From the NCBI RefSeq assembly GCF_006345805.1, contig NC_042997.1:139748001-139812000 (forward strand): a DNA stretch of 64,000 bases, written 5' to 3'. This DNA comes from Octopus sinensis (lineage: Eukaryota). Shown piece by piece: positions 21,598 to 36,600 of this stretch; the first letter of the stretch is position 1; each line of letters begins with the position of its first letter. A program made the translations under genes and the position numbers. The notes under the pieces were generated by a model that saw only the letters and a list, made by a program, of their open reading frames with translations, made no database searches and was not told the origin of the DNA.

Positions 21598-24500
21598 CAT
21601 ATACATCACACATTCACACTTGTGTCTGTGCTTATTAAAATTTTTTCTTTTTACTGCCTTATGACTGTTTTGCTGTATTAATAGAGGCAGGGTGGCATTT
21701 TGGTGAATTTTGTAAATTCACATGTTGTTGGAGCAAATTACAATTAACTACAGAACTTAGTAGTAGCAGCAGATGAATGTTTCTTAGTTAACCAAACAGG
21801 TGTCTTTCTTTAGACTTTAATAATGGAAGGCAAGGTTTACAATATCGGAAGAATATTGTCTCCTTCCATCATCCTTTTGTTCTTCAAGAAGTTCAGGCTT
21901 TCGGCAGGCGAAGAGAGAAAAGACTTCAAGTACAACTGCTATATACAACTGGTTTATTTACAAGAAAGGTGAAGTGTACTGCTCTCAGCTACTATCTTAA
22001 GCTCCGTTAGTGTGGGTGCATTGCCTCTGGAGATAGACAGGCAGAAAGCCACAGCCAGTGGTGGTGTCCACAAAGTGGCACCAAAAAGAGGCAGGTCTGA
22101 ACCAGTTTTCCATTTATATAGTTTCCATCGCGAGCCTCGTTGTGATCTCGTGCATGGCAAATGGATGTAGGTGAGGTCTCGCTCCAGTCTCGGAGATGGC
22201 AATGGCTGCTGCGAGCTCTCATCCAATATGGAACTGGCTGCTTGTGCCGCTTCAAGACCATACCAGCACTATAAGCTGTAAAATGATTTGGACCCATGAC
22301 CATGTATTCAGATGATTATTTATGTTATGGTGTGGCCACTAGCATAGCTAGAGTGCATGCTGCCCAGGGTGGCCCTTCTGTTTGGGCCTCCGGACCCCAC
22401 AAAAAACACATATTGCCTACAGCAGACCCAAAAGTGCCGCCCTCACCCCAGCTATGCTAGTGGATATGGCTGTGTGGTTAAGAAGCAAGCTTGCTTTTCA
22501 ATTCCATGTGGTTTTGGGTTCAGTTCTACTGTGTAGCATCTTAGGTAAATGTGTTCTACTATAGCCCCAGGTCAACCAATGTCTTGTGAGTGAATTTGAG
22601 GGATGGAAAGTACGTGGAAGCTTGTCATGTGTGTGTGTGTTTGTGTCTGTCCCTGTCCCACCACTTAACAACTGGTGTTGGTTTGTTTATGTCCCCATAA
22701 CTTAGCAGTTCAGTAAAAGAGACCAATAAAAGCACCAGACTTAAAAAATGTGATCAATCTGTTTGACTAGAACCATTCAAGGCAGTGCCCCCAGCTTAGC
22801 CACACCCCAATGATGCAAATAAGTAAAAAGCCAAAGATAAAAGATATAATAAAATTGTCATAAAATATGTAACACCTGGTTTGATTTATTAAAATTAATT
22901 CAGCTGCTAGCTTAATATATATTTTCTAGGTGATGTCCTTTATGACAGCCATGCTGAAGTTATAGCAAGGAGAGCATTTCTTCGGTAATTATTTGTTTTA
23001 GTTACTCTTGATCAATTTTATAACTCTGTCTTACAAATTACTCAGTGACACTAATAAATGACAATGTGATTACTATATGATAGCATTGATTGTTCTAGAT
23101 ACAGGGAAGTAGCAAAGTGTAAGGGTAATTTTCTGGCAAACTGAGTTCCCTAACTGGTTTTAATCCTTTACTGGAGCTATTTTGCCACCTTCTCCTCCCT
23201 AATACAACCCCACTTATTTAGTTGTAGGGTCTTTTTCTTTTTCTGTCTTACAACTTACTTGATCTCACTAGTGCATGAAAAAGCACCTAGTACATGGTGT
23301 AAGGTGGCTGGCATTAGGAAGGGCATCCAGCTGTAGAAACCATCCCAAAGTTAACAATGGAGCTTGGTGCAATCTGCAGCTTGCTGGATCCTATCAAACT
23401 GTCCAACCCATGGGAAACAGACTTTAAATGATGATGATAATGATGCTAATATCCTCAAGAAAGACATGAACATCACAGCCTCTCATTTCTCCTAAACACT
23501 AAAGCTTTGCGCAGATGTAATAAATTGATACTTCTAGCTTCAGGGTTGAAGAATATCACAAATACCTAAGATTCTCATCTGTGTTCCTCTTTACTAGGGA
23601 CTGAATACTCATTTATTATCATGCGTTTAGAAACCATTATAAATAAACTCATAATATTGCATAAACTTCATAATGTTAATGTTTTCTTTAAATCAATAAT
23701 GATGTGATATTTAGAGAAAATAAGCTTCATAACAATTCTGTGATGTTACCTTGTTTATGATAACACTTTCACTTTTTTTTTTGTTTTATTCCAGAAACTT
23801 TGTTGTTGTTTAATCTTGATTCAGTTCTCACCAACTTGTCTTTTTGTATATTAGTAACTACATTGTTCAATGTGTTCTTTTTTTAAAGACAGTAACTTTG
23901 TTGCTATTTCTGACATATTGATGTTTTAAAACATTTGTGATAATTAGTTCACCTCTTATGAAGTATCTCTGTAGGTTTGTTAATTCCTGACTGCATTTGC
24001 AAATTTTATCTCTGATTGTAAACCATTAGACAGATATTAACCCATATCTTTTCAGTTTATTGGTGGAATAAGACAAACAGAATTAAGTCCTTGCATAATG
24101 ATAGAATACAGTATCAGTGATTGTATATGAACAAAGCACCCACACTCTGAGAGTGTGAATGCTTTGCTATCTTTGACAGTGTGGAAAATTGTCATGTCTT
24201 TTCTATACTGGACCTTTTGAGACTGCCCCTGGTTCTATGATATAAACTCCCTGTTTTAAAGAAATCCAAATTAAAAGGTTCCATTAAAATGTCATGTAAA
24301 TTTATGTTCCAACACCAACTGAATTATGACAAAGTTATTTTACTGAATTCTTCATTGCTTTCAAAATTTATTGAAATAAACACAGTGTATTTCAACAGAA
24401 ATATGGTAACAAAAAAGTAAATAAAAGACGATTTTAAACTTTAAATGAGTTTAACTCCATAGTAAAGAAAGAAGAATTGTACAGGTCAGGCCAGACATGG

Positions 24501-27500
24501 GGACATGCACTTTTGCAGCATGTTGCTGCATTCACCATTCGTTGGTATATTCCTGGGGCCTCCCAGGTAACCCATCAAGTAGAATCCCAGTCAGTCTCTG
24601 TCTCCATAACATTACCTCCACATCTACTGTGACCATGTGGCATGTGATCAACAACATGAGCTGTCAATCCAGCTGGATCCAAAGGGAAGAGACCACAGCA
24701 AGCAGGGTCTAACTTGGAAAATTGAGCAACATGGCTAAACAGTCTGAACTGACACTCCTAAATCAGGACATGTCTCAGTTTCTGAGTAAAGTCATTAAAT
24801 GGATACAAAATCCAACCAACTGTAACCCATAACCCTGCAAAGGGTCCTGAGACCAAAGGTCTTTAAACTTCTACAGCAGTGTCCAAGCCTTGCACCTATA
24901 GAGCAGTATAGGGAGGATCAGAGACCTAAAACTCTAAACCTTTGTCCTTCTGCGCAGATATCAGCAGCACCAAACACCCTTGTCCATGAGTACACAACTG
25001 CACCACCTTGTCCAAGTCTTTTTAGGACTTTAGACTCAGCTAATGCTGCTATGAATCTCACTGCTGAAATGGTCAACAATTTTGACCATTTTCACCTGCA
25101 ACAGAGACAGATGTAGTGGAGTCCTCCAAGAAGCCAACAAAGGACTGGAGTTTCGTCTTGACCCAAGAGACTCTAAGGCCAAATGGTTCTGTTTCCTCAT
25201 TTAGTGAAAGGAGAGCACTCCTTAAGACATCCAAAGACTCAGTAAGAATAAGTACATCGTTAGCAAATCTAGGTCTATAATCCTAGTTTCACCTATCAGT
25301 GCACCACAACTTGCTTGAGCCACCATTCAGCCAAGTATCCAGCCTATGCAGGCATTGAACAGATGCAAAATATCCTATCATCTTTTTACTAAAGAGATAG
25401 GAACAACAGAGGTAAAAAGTTTAACTAATATTTTATGATGGATGGCAGGGCTGAATACGTATCAGTTTGAGAGCCCCTGCTCATTGATGTCTTTTTAAAA
25501 TTCATATCTAACCTAAAAATGCACTGTCTAACACACAACAAACTAAACACATTTAATCAACTAAATACTTTTCCAAATTATATCATAACATTCTGAAACT
25601 TTTACTCTTGTGCTCTCACCAATAACTAATCTCAAATTATTTAAACTGAATCATAACAATTTTAGCATCATATCCACAATCAGAGAAGGCTGAAATGGTT
25701 ATGGGCACACTTTCTTCTCTCTTCATCCTTCCTCTTTGTCCAGACCTTTTATCCTTATTTCTTTGTATTCTTTTTATCTCTTCACTTCTTCTTATTCCTC
25801 ATTCTCCCATTTCTTCCTCTTCTGTACTGCACCTCCTTCTGTTTCTCATCTCCCTCTTTTTACCCTTTTCCTACTTCAGTTCTTCCTCTTTCTCCTCCTC
25901 ATTTTAACCCCCACTCCACTGTACTTCTTCCTTATCTTTTATCTCTCCCACAACTAATTCTAAACCCCTTAGGTAACCAATGAATATAGGCTTTACATAC
26001 TATGAGTATTGTATATCTATATTACTTAAACAATTTCCTCACTTGCAGGTTCCTTTATCATGAGATATCATTGGTTTATAATGGGGAAGAGAGTGAAGTG
26101 TTTGTGTTGCCAGCTTCAAAAGCACACAATCAATGTCTACTTAAAAATAATGTTGAATTTCAATTTTTCATGAGCAGTACACCATGTAAGTATTATGTAT
26201 CTTCACTATCATCAATACCATCACAATTGTCAAAACCACCACCATCACCATCATCATCATCATCATCATTTTGACCTGTTTTTTATACTTGCATGGGTTG
26301 GGTAGGTCTTCTCCAGCACAGTATCTCACCAATAGTTGAAGCCCCTTCTTTGACTGTAACTCATATCAGTTCTCAGTAAACTGAGACTTGTTTGGTGAAA
26401 TTTATATTCCTTGGATGTCTTATTGTTCTACAAACATAATTCTTCTTGATCCTGAATTTTGTTATAGGTTAGGGATGGTATACCTCTCAGGGTCTGTGGC
26501 AGTCACTGCTGAGTATGAATGGCAATTTTAGGAATGATTTGTCATTGCTCTTACTAATGAAATGGGTTGATCATTTCAAATTGATGAAGAAGTAAGGAAT
26601 GGTGTGGGGTTTGCTAAATTGATACAGTCAGTTGTGGCTTTGCTTTCTTTAGCTGTGTAAATGGTATTGGTGGATTCCTATGTGCTGGTGATGGTGCACT
26701 GAGTTGAAGTGTTGTAGGTGTCAGTGGACGTGGGGCATGGATGGTAGTTGGAGGATTTTAAGCTGAGTCAGATTTGTTGTTCAGTTGCTGTAGCAATTTA
26801 TTTGAAGACTATTTATTTAAAGGGTTTTGTATGCAGGTAAGATGAAATGTTTCCTGCTTTTTATCAAGAACATTTGTTATTAGCTTCTTCATAACTCATA
26901 GATTACATCTGTTACCTCAGCTGTTGTACTTTTTAGACTTAGATGCTTCATCTTATGGAAGAATCCTTTAGTCACCAGAGAAATTTAGACAGTGGATGAG
27001 TGACCAAGACCTTTGGCATTATGCCGTGCTTGAGAAGAAGACCGATCAAGCCAAGTAAAATCATAGTCCTGGCAGATATTGATGTCATGCAAATGGCAAC
27101 TGTGCCAGTGGCATGTAAAAGTACCCATTACACTCTCGGAATGGTTCGTGTTAGGAAGGGCATCCAACTATAGAAACCATGCCAGATCAGACTGGAGTTT
27201 GGTGCAGCCTTCCAGCTTACCAGCCCTGGTCAAACTACCCAACTCATACCAGCATGGACAATGGACAGTAAATGGAGGAGGAGGAGGAGAAGAAGAAGAA
27301 GAAGACGCCGCCACCGATGACGACCAAGAAGAAGTCATCATCATCGTCATCAAATTGTTTTTTTCTGTTTGTGAGCAAGGCGATATATTACATATACCTG
27401 GATTGAAGGTGTTTCTGGTGAAGCACATGTGTAATTTCAGGGCTTCATCAGTGTCTGTGACATCATTTCTGCATACCAGTTAATTCTCATGACATCTGTT

Positions 27501-30500
27501 GTTTATGCAACAGTTGGTTGAGCATCTTAAGTTACAAAGGTGTTTGAGTGATGCAGTGGTTAAAAGTTTGTAATCTTATGTTACCTAGATAACTGTAGTT
27601 AACTTTCACTATATTTCAATAAAAATCTTTTAGTATCTATGGCATCAACATCATAAGAGATTTAATTGATATCTTGAATGCTACATTTCCTTAAACAGGT
27701 GGTGATGCTTCCATATTCCCAATGATGCCTGAAGATACATTCTCTAGGATTGGAGAGATCTGTGTAAATATTCCAAGCCAAACAAACTCTTTAGAGGAGG
27801 AGCAAATCAAACAAACAGCTGAAGAACCAGTTGCTAAAAAATTTAAAACTGATGATGGCATTTGTGAAAGCTCATGTGAAAGACTTCAGTTTCCTGAAAA
27901 AGATAATGTGAGTTACATTTACAGATCTATTAATCCTGAATACTCCATGTCAACAATGCAAGAGCATTTTAAACAAAGCCCAGATTGGGAGTAAAAGAAA
28001 TTTAGTGTGCAAAGAGGAAAACACTCAGGCTCTATCATCATTTTTCCTATGTCTGCTTTCTCTTGATGGGATGGGATCTGGGCAAGATGTTTTCACATAA
28101 TGTTTTGTGGTTGGATTCACTCCCACATTCTAACCCTTTTAGTCACTGTTTATGACATATAGAAATACATTGTACTTATTGTTAAAACAGAGAGATATAC
28201 TTCATTAATTGATGATACCCTGGTTCTTATAATTAATTGATGATAACCTAGTGTATCTATCAAAGATATACATGGAGTGTAGAATGTTACAATCAAACAA
28301 TATCAAAAGATAAATTTAGTCAAAGTTGAAGTATAGTTAGGAGTAAACATTTAAAAATTTCTGTCTCATCTGTGAAATGGTATTATATATTATACAAGAA
28401 AAAGATCTTTAGATGCATAATAGTTGGTTTACTAAAACTGGAGATTATACTACACAGATTCTTGAAGATGTAGACAGGTTCTGCCATTTAGTTGAAATAA
28501 TTATTACCAGAGGTGAATTTCATTAAAAAAAAAAATTGTAACTTGGGTAAGAATTATATGGAAAAAGCTTAAGGGACTGTTACCTTAGCTGGCAAGAAAT
28601 ATCTTATTTTGCTATGTGAAAAGTACAATCTGAAGCATGCATAAGAAGCATAATGCTATATAATAGTGAAGCTTGGACAATCAGCATAGAAACCTGTAGT
28701 GGCTGGAAAGAAATGAACTGAAGGTAATCCATTGTATGTACTATGTCAATTTACAAGAAGAGTTGAGTGAAGTGAATTGAGAAACTGGCTTGGTATCAGT
28801 GCTAGAGGAACTATATAGGCAAGTAAAATCTATTGAATCTAGTTTATGATCAAGTACTTGGCTCTTTAAAACTTATATACATAAGTCTGTTTCCTTATTG
28901 TCTTTAGTTATAAGGTGTTGTCTTTTTTCATTAAGTTTCATCTCTTCAAATGAACCCTCAGTTTCAGCAATTTCAACTGAAATATTCCAGCTTTCTACAA
29001 GGAAGCACTAATTTCTTATGTATGATATAAAATACCTCTTCTGAAGAAAGTAATTCACTTAAATGAAAAACTTTCTTTTTCATAAAAAAAACTTACACTG
29101 TTTTGGCCAGTGCTTATATCGTATTAATTTGCTGTTCATGCTACAAATTCTGTTCATTGCAAGATTTGTCTACTTTCATGTCACTTAAAATTACTTTAAC
29201 ATTCTAGAATTAATAATATTGTATTTCAGGTGAAACATTTGACAGATTCATCATTTGCTTTGGCTGAAGACATTTTTCGAACAGGTGCCAAGTGTGTGCC
29301 CTTTGGGAAACAAGATACCTACGAACCAGGAATTAACTATCATTGTATAAATGCTCTCAGGATTAAGCCAGGCCGAGGCGACCGTACACTTAGCATGTCT
29401 TGCAGTGATAAAATTGCCAGATGGAATTTTCTGGGATGTCAAGGTGCTTTGTTGAGCCACTTCCTTTTCGAACCAATTTACTTTAAGTCTTTTATTATTG
29501 CAAAGTAGGTGCTATGTATTTTATTCACTTGTTTTTACTGTTTTGCATCCATTTTCCAATGGGATGGTTTTTGTAAATTTGAGCGCTGTTGGAGCAGTTG
29601 TTTTTACAGTTGGACCATCTTCCGATCCTCATTGCTCTCTGGGGCACAAATCTCTCATCCATTATCATATATTTTATTCCTTTCGGAACCGTAAATCTAT
29701 TATCTATAACCTATCTTTGCTAAACTAGACACTATATTCCAGCATTGTTCTAAAAGGAGACGTCTGCATGTGCATGGAATCCATTCATATCTCTTCCCTA
29801 AATATTAATAAAGGTATCCCCTTAGTCTGGTTTAAAGTTTCTCTTCATCATTTCTATAAGTTAATCTTATGTCTATACATCTATTCTACTCTTCAAGCTC
29901 CTCCAACCACCACTTGTTATTTTATTTTCTTTCATCTTTGAAGACATCTATCAGACTTCATTTCTGTTTAAAATCATCGTCTTCAATAATTTCAAAGTAT
30001 ACAACTCATATTCATGTTCACTTTGACATATATCCAAAACATACATCTCTGGCACAGAGGTTGAAATATTTCCAGATGTTAGTTGTGACTTCTTTCTTAT
30101 CTTCTTTCAGCATTTATCTTTCACCTAGCCAGCACCATTTCTGCACACACATTTTCCAACTGTACAGCATACTCTTTCTCCCAACAAAACAGACTCAGAA
30201 GAGCAATAACCATTGTAATAATGATGGGAGAACACAGATAAGATAAAGCATATTTTTAAGCTAGTGATTGCAACATTTTAATGATTTATGTAGTTTAGAA
30301 TGTTTGTGTTAGACATAAAGTTGCACAAGCTACATATCTCATAGCACACTGCAGCTATGACCTGTGCATCTCTAAGTGGTTTTAGAATTTTGGTAATTTA
30401 TAAAGATGGTTATTATTCTTCCTGGTTAATACCAGTTCAAGCCTAATCAAATAGACCTATAGTTAAAGACCTTTCAATCACCCTGTGTTTTATTTGCCTA

Positions 30501-30747
30501 TTGTGTGATTTTAATTTATTGATATGGGATATTAAGGAGATTTGGTTGCTATTTCTACCAGATTAAGCAATCATGTAAAATCTCTCCTGCTCAGGTACAT
30601 ATGATTTATAGATGTGATGTATGTAGGCTGTTATGGTCAGACAGCATTGACTCTATTGACAGTAGTCTGTTAATCATGCATTTCTCTAGGGCATTACTGA
30701 TATAAGTGAAATGGATTTTACAATGTGTAAACTTGCCTTGCAATGTG

Positions 30748-30806
<59 letters not shown>

Positions 30807-33614
30807 AAGAAGGGGTGTATTTCCATGCAGGAAAAAATATAGGAGAATTTGTTTTTGAAATGCACCTGAATTTGAAAAACTTGTGACTGTTTTTAAATAA
30901 ATTTATTTACATACATACCAAACTACTTTCAACAATTTTTTGTTTATCAATGGTATAAACATTTATTAAACAATGGGATTTTATAAATTGTAAATTGCAA
31001 AGTAAAAAACATGTTTAAATGATTAAATGTTCACAAAATTCAATGACAAGGGTAGATAATATCAAAAATGATCGGCAAAGAATATGAAAAATGTGGATTA
31101 TTAAAAGTTTGGTCATGTTGAGTTAAGAGAGAGAAATAAGAAAAAAAGGGGGTGGGGTTACAGCTTCTGTCATCTTGTGTTTGATTCTGTCGTGTACAAG
31201 GCTTTTTGCTCGTAATGGAGTGTTTTGGAATCAGTGTATTTATAAGTTTTTCTGTGAACAAATCTAATTTTTGATTCGTTATAATTCTGATGACGTTTTA
31301 TTCTTTCTGGTGGTCAAGTTTGGCGTTCTGCCTGGTTGACTCCTCCTGTAGAGAATGGTCATCAACCCTTCCAGTTGGTTGATTCTCTTAAAGGGTCAGT
31401 GTTTTTTTTCCTGAGTGTCTGGTTCTGATCAGAGGTAAAATTTAATTGGTTTAGAGATAGATGATGTCAGCAACTGGTGTTATTGTGTAGTGATTTGAAG
31501 TTGCAGTTTCAAAATCCAAGGTGCATTGATAGAGAGGGAAGATTTAATATTTAGGTTTATGTTTGTGGGGCATTGGTCTAGATGTTTGCTTACGGAAATT
31601 TTCTTGGTTGTGGGGTCCGGGATTTGTTGCCTGTGTACCATCAGTCTGTCCCTCAAGGTCAAACTAGTTCGACCTGGGTAGTCTCCATGACACCCACCAT
31701 GTTTGAGGACACAGATTAAGTTCTTCAATGCACAGATGCAGTGATTTTTATGGTGAAAGTTTGACCTGACTTAAATTTATATGTTGAGCCATCTAAGAGG
31801 TAGATGCAAGTCCTGCAGTTAGAGCAGTAGCATTTTTTGACTAGTGGGTTGTATTTTTGGTGGGTAATTTAGTGCTGGTGAGTAACCTTTTTAGGGATTG
31901 CAGTTGTCTCTTGCTTTTAATAATCATATGTGTTTCCAGTGCTTTTTTACACTTAGATCAACGCCTCGCAAACATAAACCCGAAATACCAAATCTTCCCT
32001 CTCTATCAATGCATCAGAAACAATTCAACCCAATTCTGATTGAATAAAGAAAGCATACTCATTAAAAAATATAGACCACAGCTAAATATCCTTTAGAAAG
32101 AAGAAAAAACACTAAAAATAAGAAAAACTCAGTTTCTCTACGAAAAAACAACCAGATACAACAGACATAATTTAGTAACAGTCTTCCCCTTGGCTTTTGA
32201 AACCACAACTCCAAATCACTATACAATAACACCATACACTTTCTCAAATGCCAGTTGCTGATGTCACCTATCTCTAAACCAATGAAATTTTACCTCCGAT
32301 CAGAACCAGACCCTCAGGAAAAAAAAACACTGACCCTTTAAGAGAATCAGCCAACTGGAAGGGTTGATGACCATTTCCTACAGGGAAGTCAACCAGCGGA
32401 ACAAAAAAAATTGACCACTAGAAAGAATAAAACGTCATCAGAATTATGGCGAATCAAAAATTAGATCTGTTCACAGAAAAACTTATAAATACACTGATTT
32501 CAAAACACTCCATTACAAGCAAAAATCCTTGTACACAACAGAATAAAATACAATTAGACACAAGATGATAGAAACTGTAAAAAGAGAAAAAACCCTTTTT
32601 ACTTTGTTCTTTTCTTATTTCTCTCTCTTAACTCAGCATGGCCAAACTTTTAATAATCCACATTTTTTATATTCTTCACCGATCATTTTTGGTTTAATCT
32701 ACCCCTGTCATTGAATTTTGTGAACATTTAATAATTTAAACATGTTTTTTACTTTGCAATTTAAAAATTTTTTAAATCTCATTGTTTAATAAATGTTTAT
32801 ACCATTGATAAATAAAAAATTGTTGAAAGTAGTTTGGTATGTATGTAAATAAATTTATTTAAAAACAATTACAATTTTTTCAAATTCAGGTGCATCTTCA
32901 AAAAAAAATTCTCCTACACACACATTTCCAGCTGTTTATATGTTCCTACTCAATGTTATGTCTATTTTCCCACTCAGTGCCTCCACTTAGTGTTGTGTGT
33001 TAGTCCCAGTTTGATATTATGTATTTCTCCATTCATTATTGTACATATGTTCCAATTTAATTTTGAATATTTTCTGGTTATCTTGATTACGTTTTAGCTG
33101 TCCATTCAGTGTTGATGCTGCCCACAGAGCTCTTATGGGAAGATTTGAAACACAAGCTGAATCACTTCATTTACCTGACGGTTATTTCATGAACAAACCA
33201 AATATTTTACAGTCCTCTCTCTCATTTGCTGACAATAAAAACAACTCCAAGACTGGTAATTTGAAAGAAAATGTCATTCCATGCAGTACAAGTAAGTAAA
33301 TGATAAAGCAAACAAAATACAAAATCAAACTGCAAACAAATGAAAGAAATTGACTAATATCAGGTATCTGTATTTTCTGTTTGACTATTTATTATCAGCA
33401 GTATCAATCATGGGATTTTAGCTTTTGGTATTAGCAATGTAAAGAGAAATAACTACTATTGGGTGTAGATGGCTCAGCCAAAAAATGATAAATTCAGAAC
33501 TGATTCTTATTAGTAACAAGTTAGACAAATATCTTCTACCATTGCCTCAGGGTTTCCAATACTATGTGAGTAGAATTTGGGAAACAGAAACTGTCAAGCT
33601 CATCATAAATGAAT

Positions 33615-33651
<37 letters not shown>

Positions 33652-36600
33652 CGTGCACACACACCTGTATGTGCATGTGTGTATGTATGTAAGTATCTGT
33701 GTGAATCATCACTGTTTAATGTCTGTCTTAAACATGATGATGATGATCTATGTATATATACATACACAAGTGGGTACTGAAAAAGTTCCTGGTTTTGGTA
33801 TAAATAAAATACAGGAGGACCAGTTAATTATAATTTTATTCAATATATTCCTCTCTCAGATTCACAACACTTATTGCAATAGTCCTTCAGTTTTTCTAAG
33901 CCCTGTAAGAGAACTTAGAAGGTTGGGCCTCAAACTAAGCCTTACGCAATACCCTTAAAGCCAGGAACATTTCAGCACTCGCCTCATATATATACACGTG
34001 TGTGATATAATTATCTGTAACCTAATGCTATAAAGTGTTCTCTGACGATCCATTGTTGTTGAGCATCTGATAAATGTACTTAAAATAACGGTGAAATGTA
34101 TGTAGGAACTATAATATAAACCAGTTTTTATCCTTATTTCTTCTAAACATGTGCGTGTGTAATGTATGTCTTGTGCTAATATATATCATCAGCAAAAGAT
34201 GTAATCATCATTGGGAAATCTGAAAAACACCTCTTCATTTGAAATCCTATGCAATATTTGTGCTGTACTGAATGACAGATACTCCCTTGCAAATAACTAT
34301 CAGAAATGCTGTGAATTCACTACTGACCCATTAGAAATCTAACTAACAATGCTATTGTTCACAAATTATGAAATAAGCTAAATAAATGCTAAATCAACAA
34401 CATCAACAACAACAAAAATGAACAACTTTGCTGTAGAGTATTAAAACTGATTAAATATTTGATGTTAACAGCTAGGTTTTTCAGAAATATAAGTTGAAAC
34501 CCTTTTGAAATTTGGCCCTGGGTTAAGGTGTTATTTTACTTGGCCCACAGTCATAAATTTAAACACTACAGTACTTTGTTATAGTATGTCCTTAAGTACT
34601 ACTTGTTTCAGTTGATTTAACAGGAACAAGGTACCATTTTTATTTTTAAAAAATTGGTATTTACACAACCAACTCTAGGATGGCTAAAAATTTATAAAAA
34701 TAAGAAGGAAAAATAAAATAAATAAATTAAAGAATGATATTGCTGGCTACATGGTTTCGGGTTCAGTCCCACTGCGTGGCACTTTGGGTAGGTGTCTTTC
34801 ACTATAGCCCCGAGCTGACCGGAGCTTTGTGATTGAATTCGGTAGGTGGAAGTTACTGCCGTGTGTGTATATGTGCGTGTAGGTGCTTGTGCCTCTCCCA
34901 AAGAGAGAGAGGGATATTGATTTCTACCATGTTTAAGAATTTATCTTCTTTTTGCAGCAATAATTTGGTATAAGAAAGGTGAAAATGCAACTGAAGAAAT
35001 TGCAGTGAATGGCAGAAAGCAAGGTGCAACATTGAAATCGATAAATAACTGCTCAGCCCAGTTAGTAATTAAATGTACTCAATATATAAATCAATGTTTC
35101 TTACAATCCCAAATGGCGAGTCAGTAACATGGTCATCATTGTTTTATCATTTTAATATCCACTTTTACATGTTCATATTGGGTGGTCAGAATTTACTGAA
35201 GCAGATTTTCTATGGCTAGATGCCTCTCCTGTCACCAACTCTTATCTATTTCCAAGCAAAGGGATATTTAAAAATGACCAGGCATGTATTCATGGAAGGT
35301 AGTCCATGAAGAACTACTTGTGTAATGGTGACATTCATTTGCAACTATCACATGAAGTCAGGGCAAGGAGACAGTAGTACATACATAAATGCATGCACAC
35401 TCACACACACACACACACACATACACACAGATGCTCAGGGCTATAGTAAAAGACCCTTTCCCAAAGTGCCACACGGTGAATCTAAGATCACACGGTTAAG
35501 AAAGAAACATCTCATTATAACATCATCATCATCTAACTTCCATCCTGGCATGGGTTGGACCGTTTGACAGGAGCTGGCAAGCCAGAGGACTGTACCAACC
35601 TCCAGTTTGTTTTGGCATGGTTTTTGCAGCTGGAACCTCTTCCTAATGCCAACCACTGCAATAAATGTAACATATGCAACTGTTATATTATATTGCCTGG
35701 TCTGCTCTTAATGTTGCAATTCAATAATGCATTCAAAATGGCAAAGCATTTAATAAGAAATTGTTCAATTGTTAACCTTTTATTCTTGTTGTTCCCATTA
35801 TTCTTTTTGTATCTGTGATGCTGTTGACCTGCTTCTTCCTCCAGCTTGCTTATATCTCAAGTTATATTCACTAACACAAAACTCAGCTTTGAATTATATC
35901 TTTCTTTACTCTCTATTTTATTGATATTGATATTTCTATTGCTACTAAGGTGGTGAGCTGGTATAATTATTAACAGGTAAGGCAAAATGCTTAGTGGTAT
36001 TTTGCCTGCCGTTACGTTCTGAGTTCAAATTCCGCCAAGGTTGATTTTGCCTTTCATCCTTTCGGGGTCGATAAATTAAGTACCAGTTATGCACTTGGGT
36101 CGATGTAATCGACTTAATTCGTTTGTCTCCTCTGTGTTTAGCCCTTGTGGGTAGTAAAGAAATAGGTATTTTGTCCATCTTTATGTTTGGAGTTCCAATT
36201 CTACTAAGGTCCACTTTGCCTTTCATCCTTTTGGGGCTGATAAAAGAAGTGCCTGTTGAACACTGGGGACAATGTAATTGACTTACTCCATTCTCCGAAC
36301 TTGCTGGTCTTGTGCCAAAATTTGAAACCAATACTTCTATTGCTACTTCTACCATGACTTTTTCACCTATTGCACCATCTAAATGCCTCTAATGCCCCCC
36401 TATTTATCCCCTTTTACTCCAACCGTGTCTCACACCCAGCCCCAAATGTCTAACCGAATGATTCATCTAATTCAGTAGTTCTCAACCATTTTTTGCCTAT
36501 GGACCCCTTTTATTCCTATTTTACTCAGATGGACCCTCATAAACAGTTGTTGTTTAAAAAATCCTGTTATATTTTTATAATTGAATATTATTAAGAATTG

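Noticed and set aside
31287-31293. CTGATGA hammerhead core inside the Penelope arm
   Set aside because: Not followed by stem II and GAAA, and it is antisense to the element.
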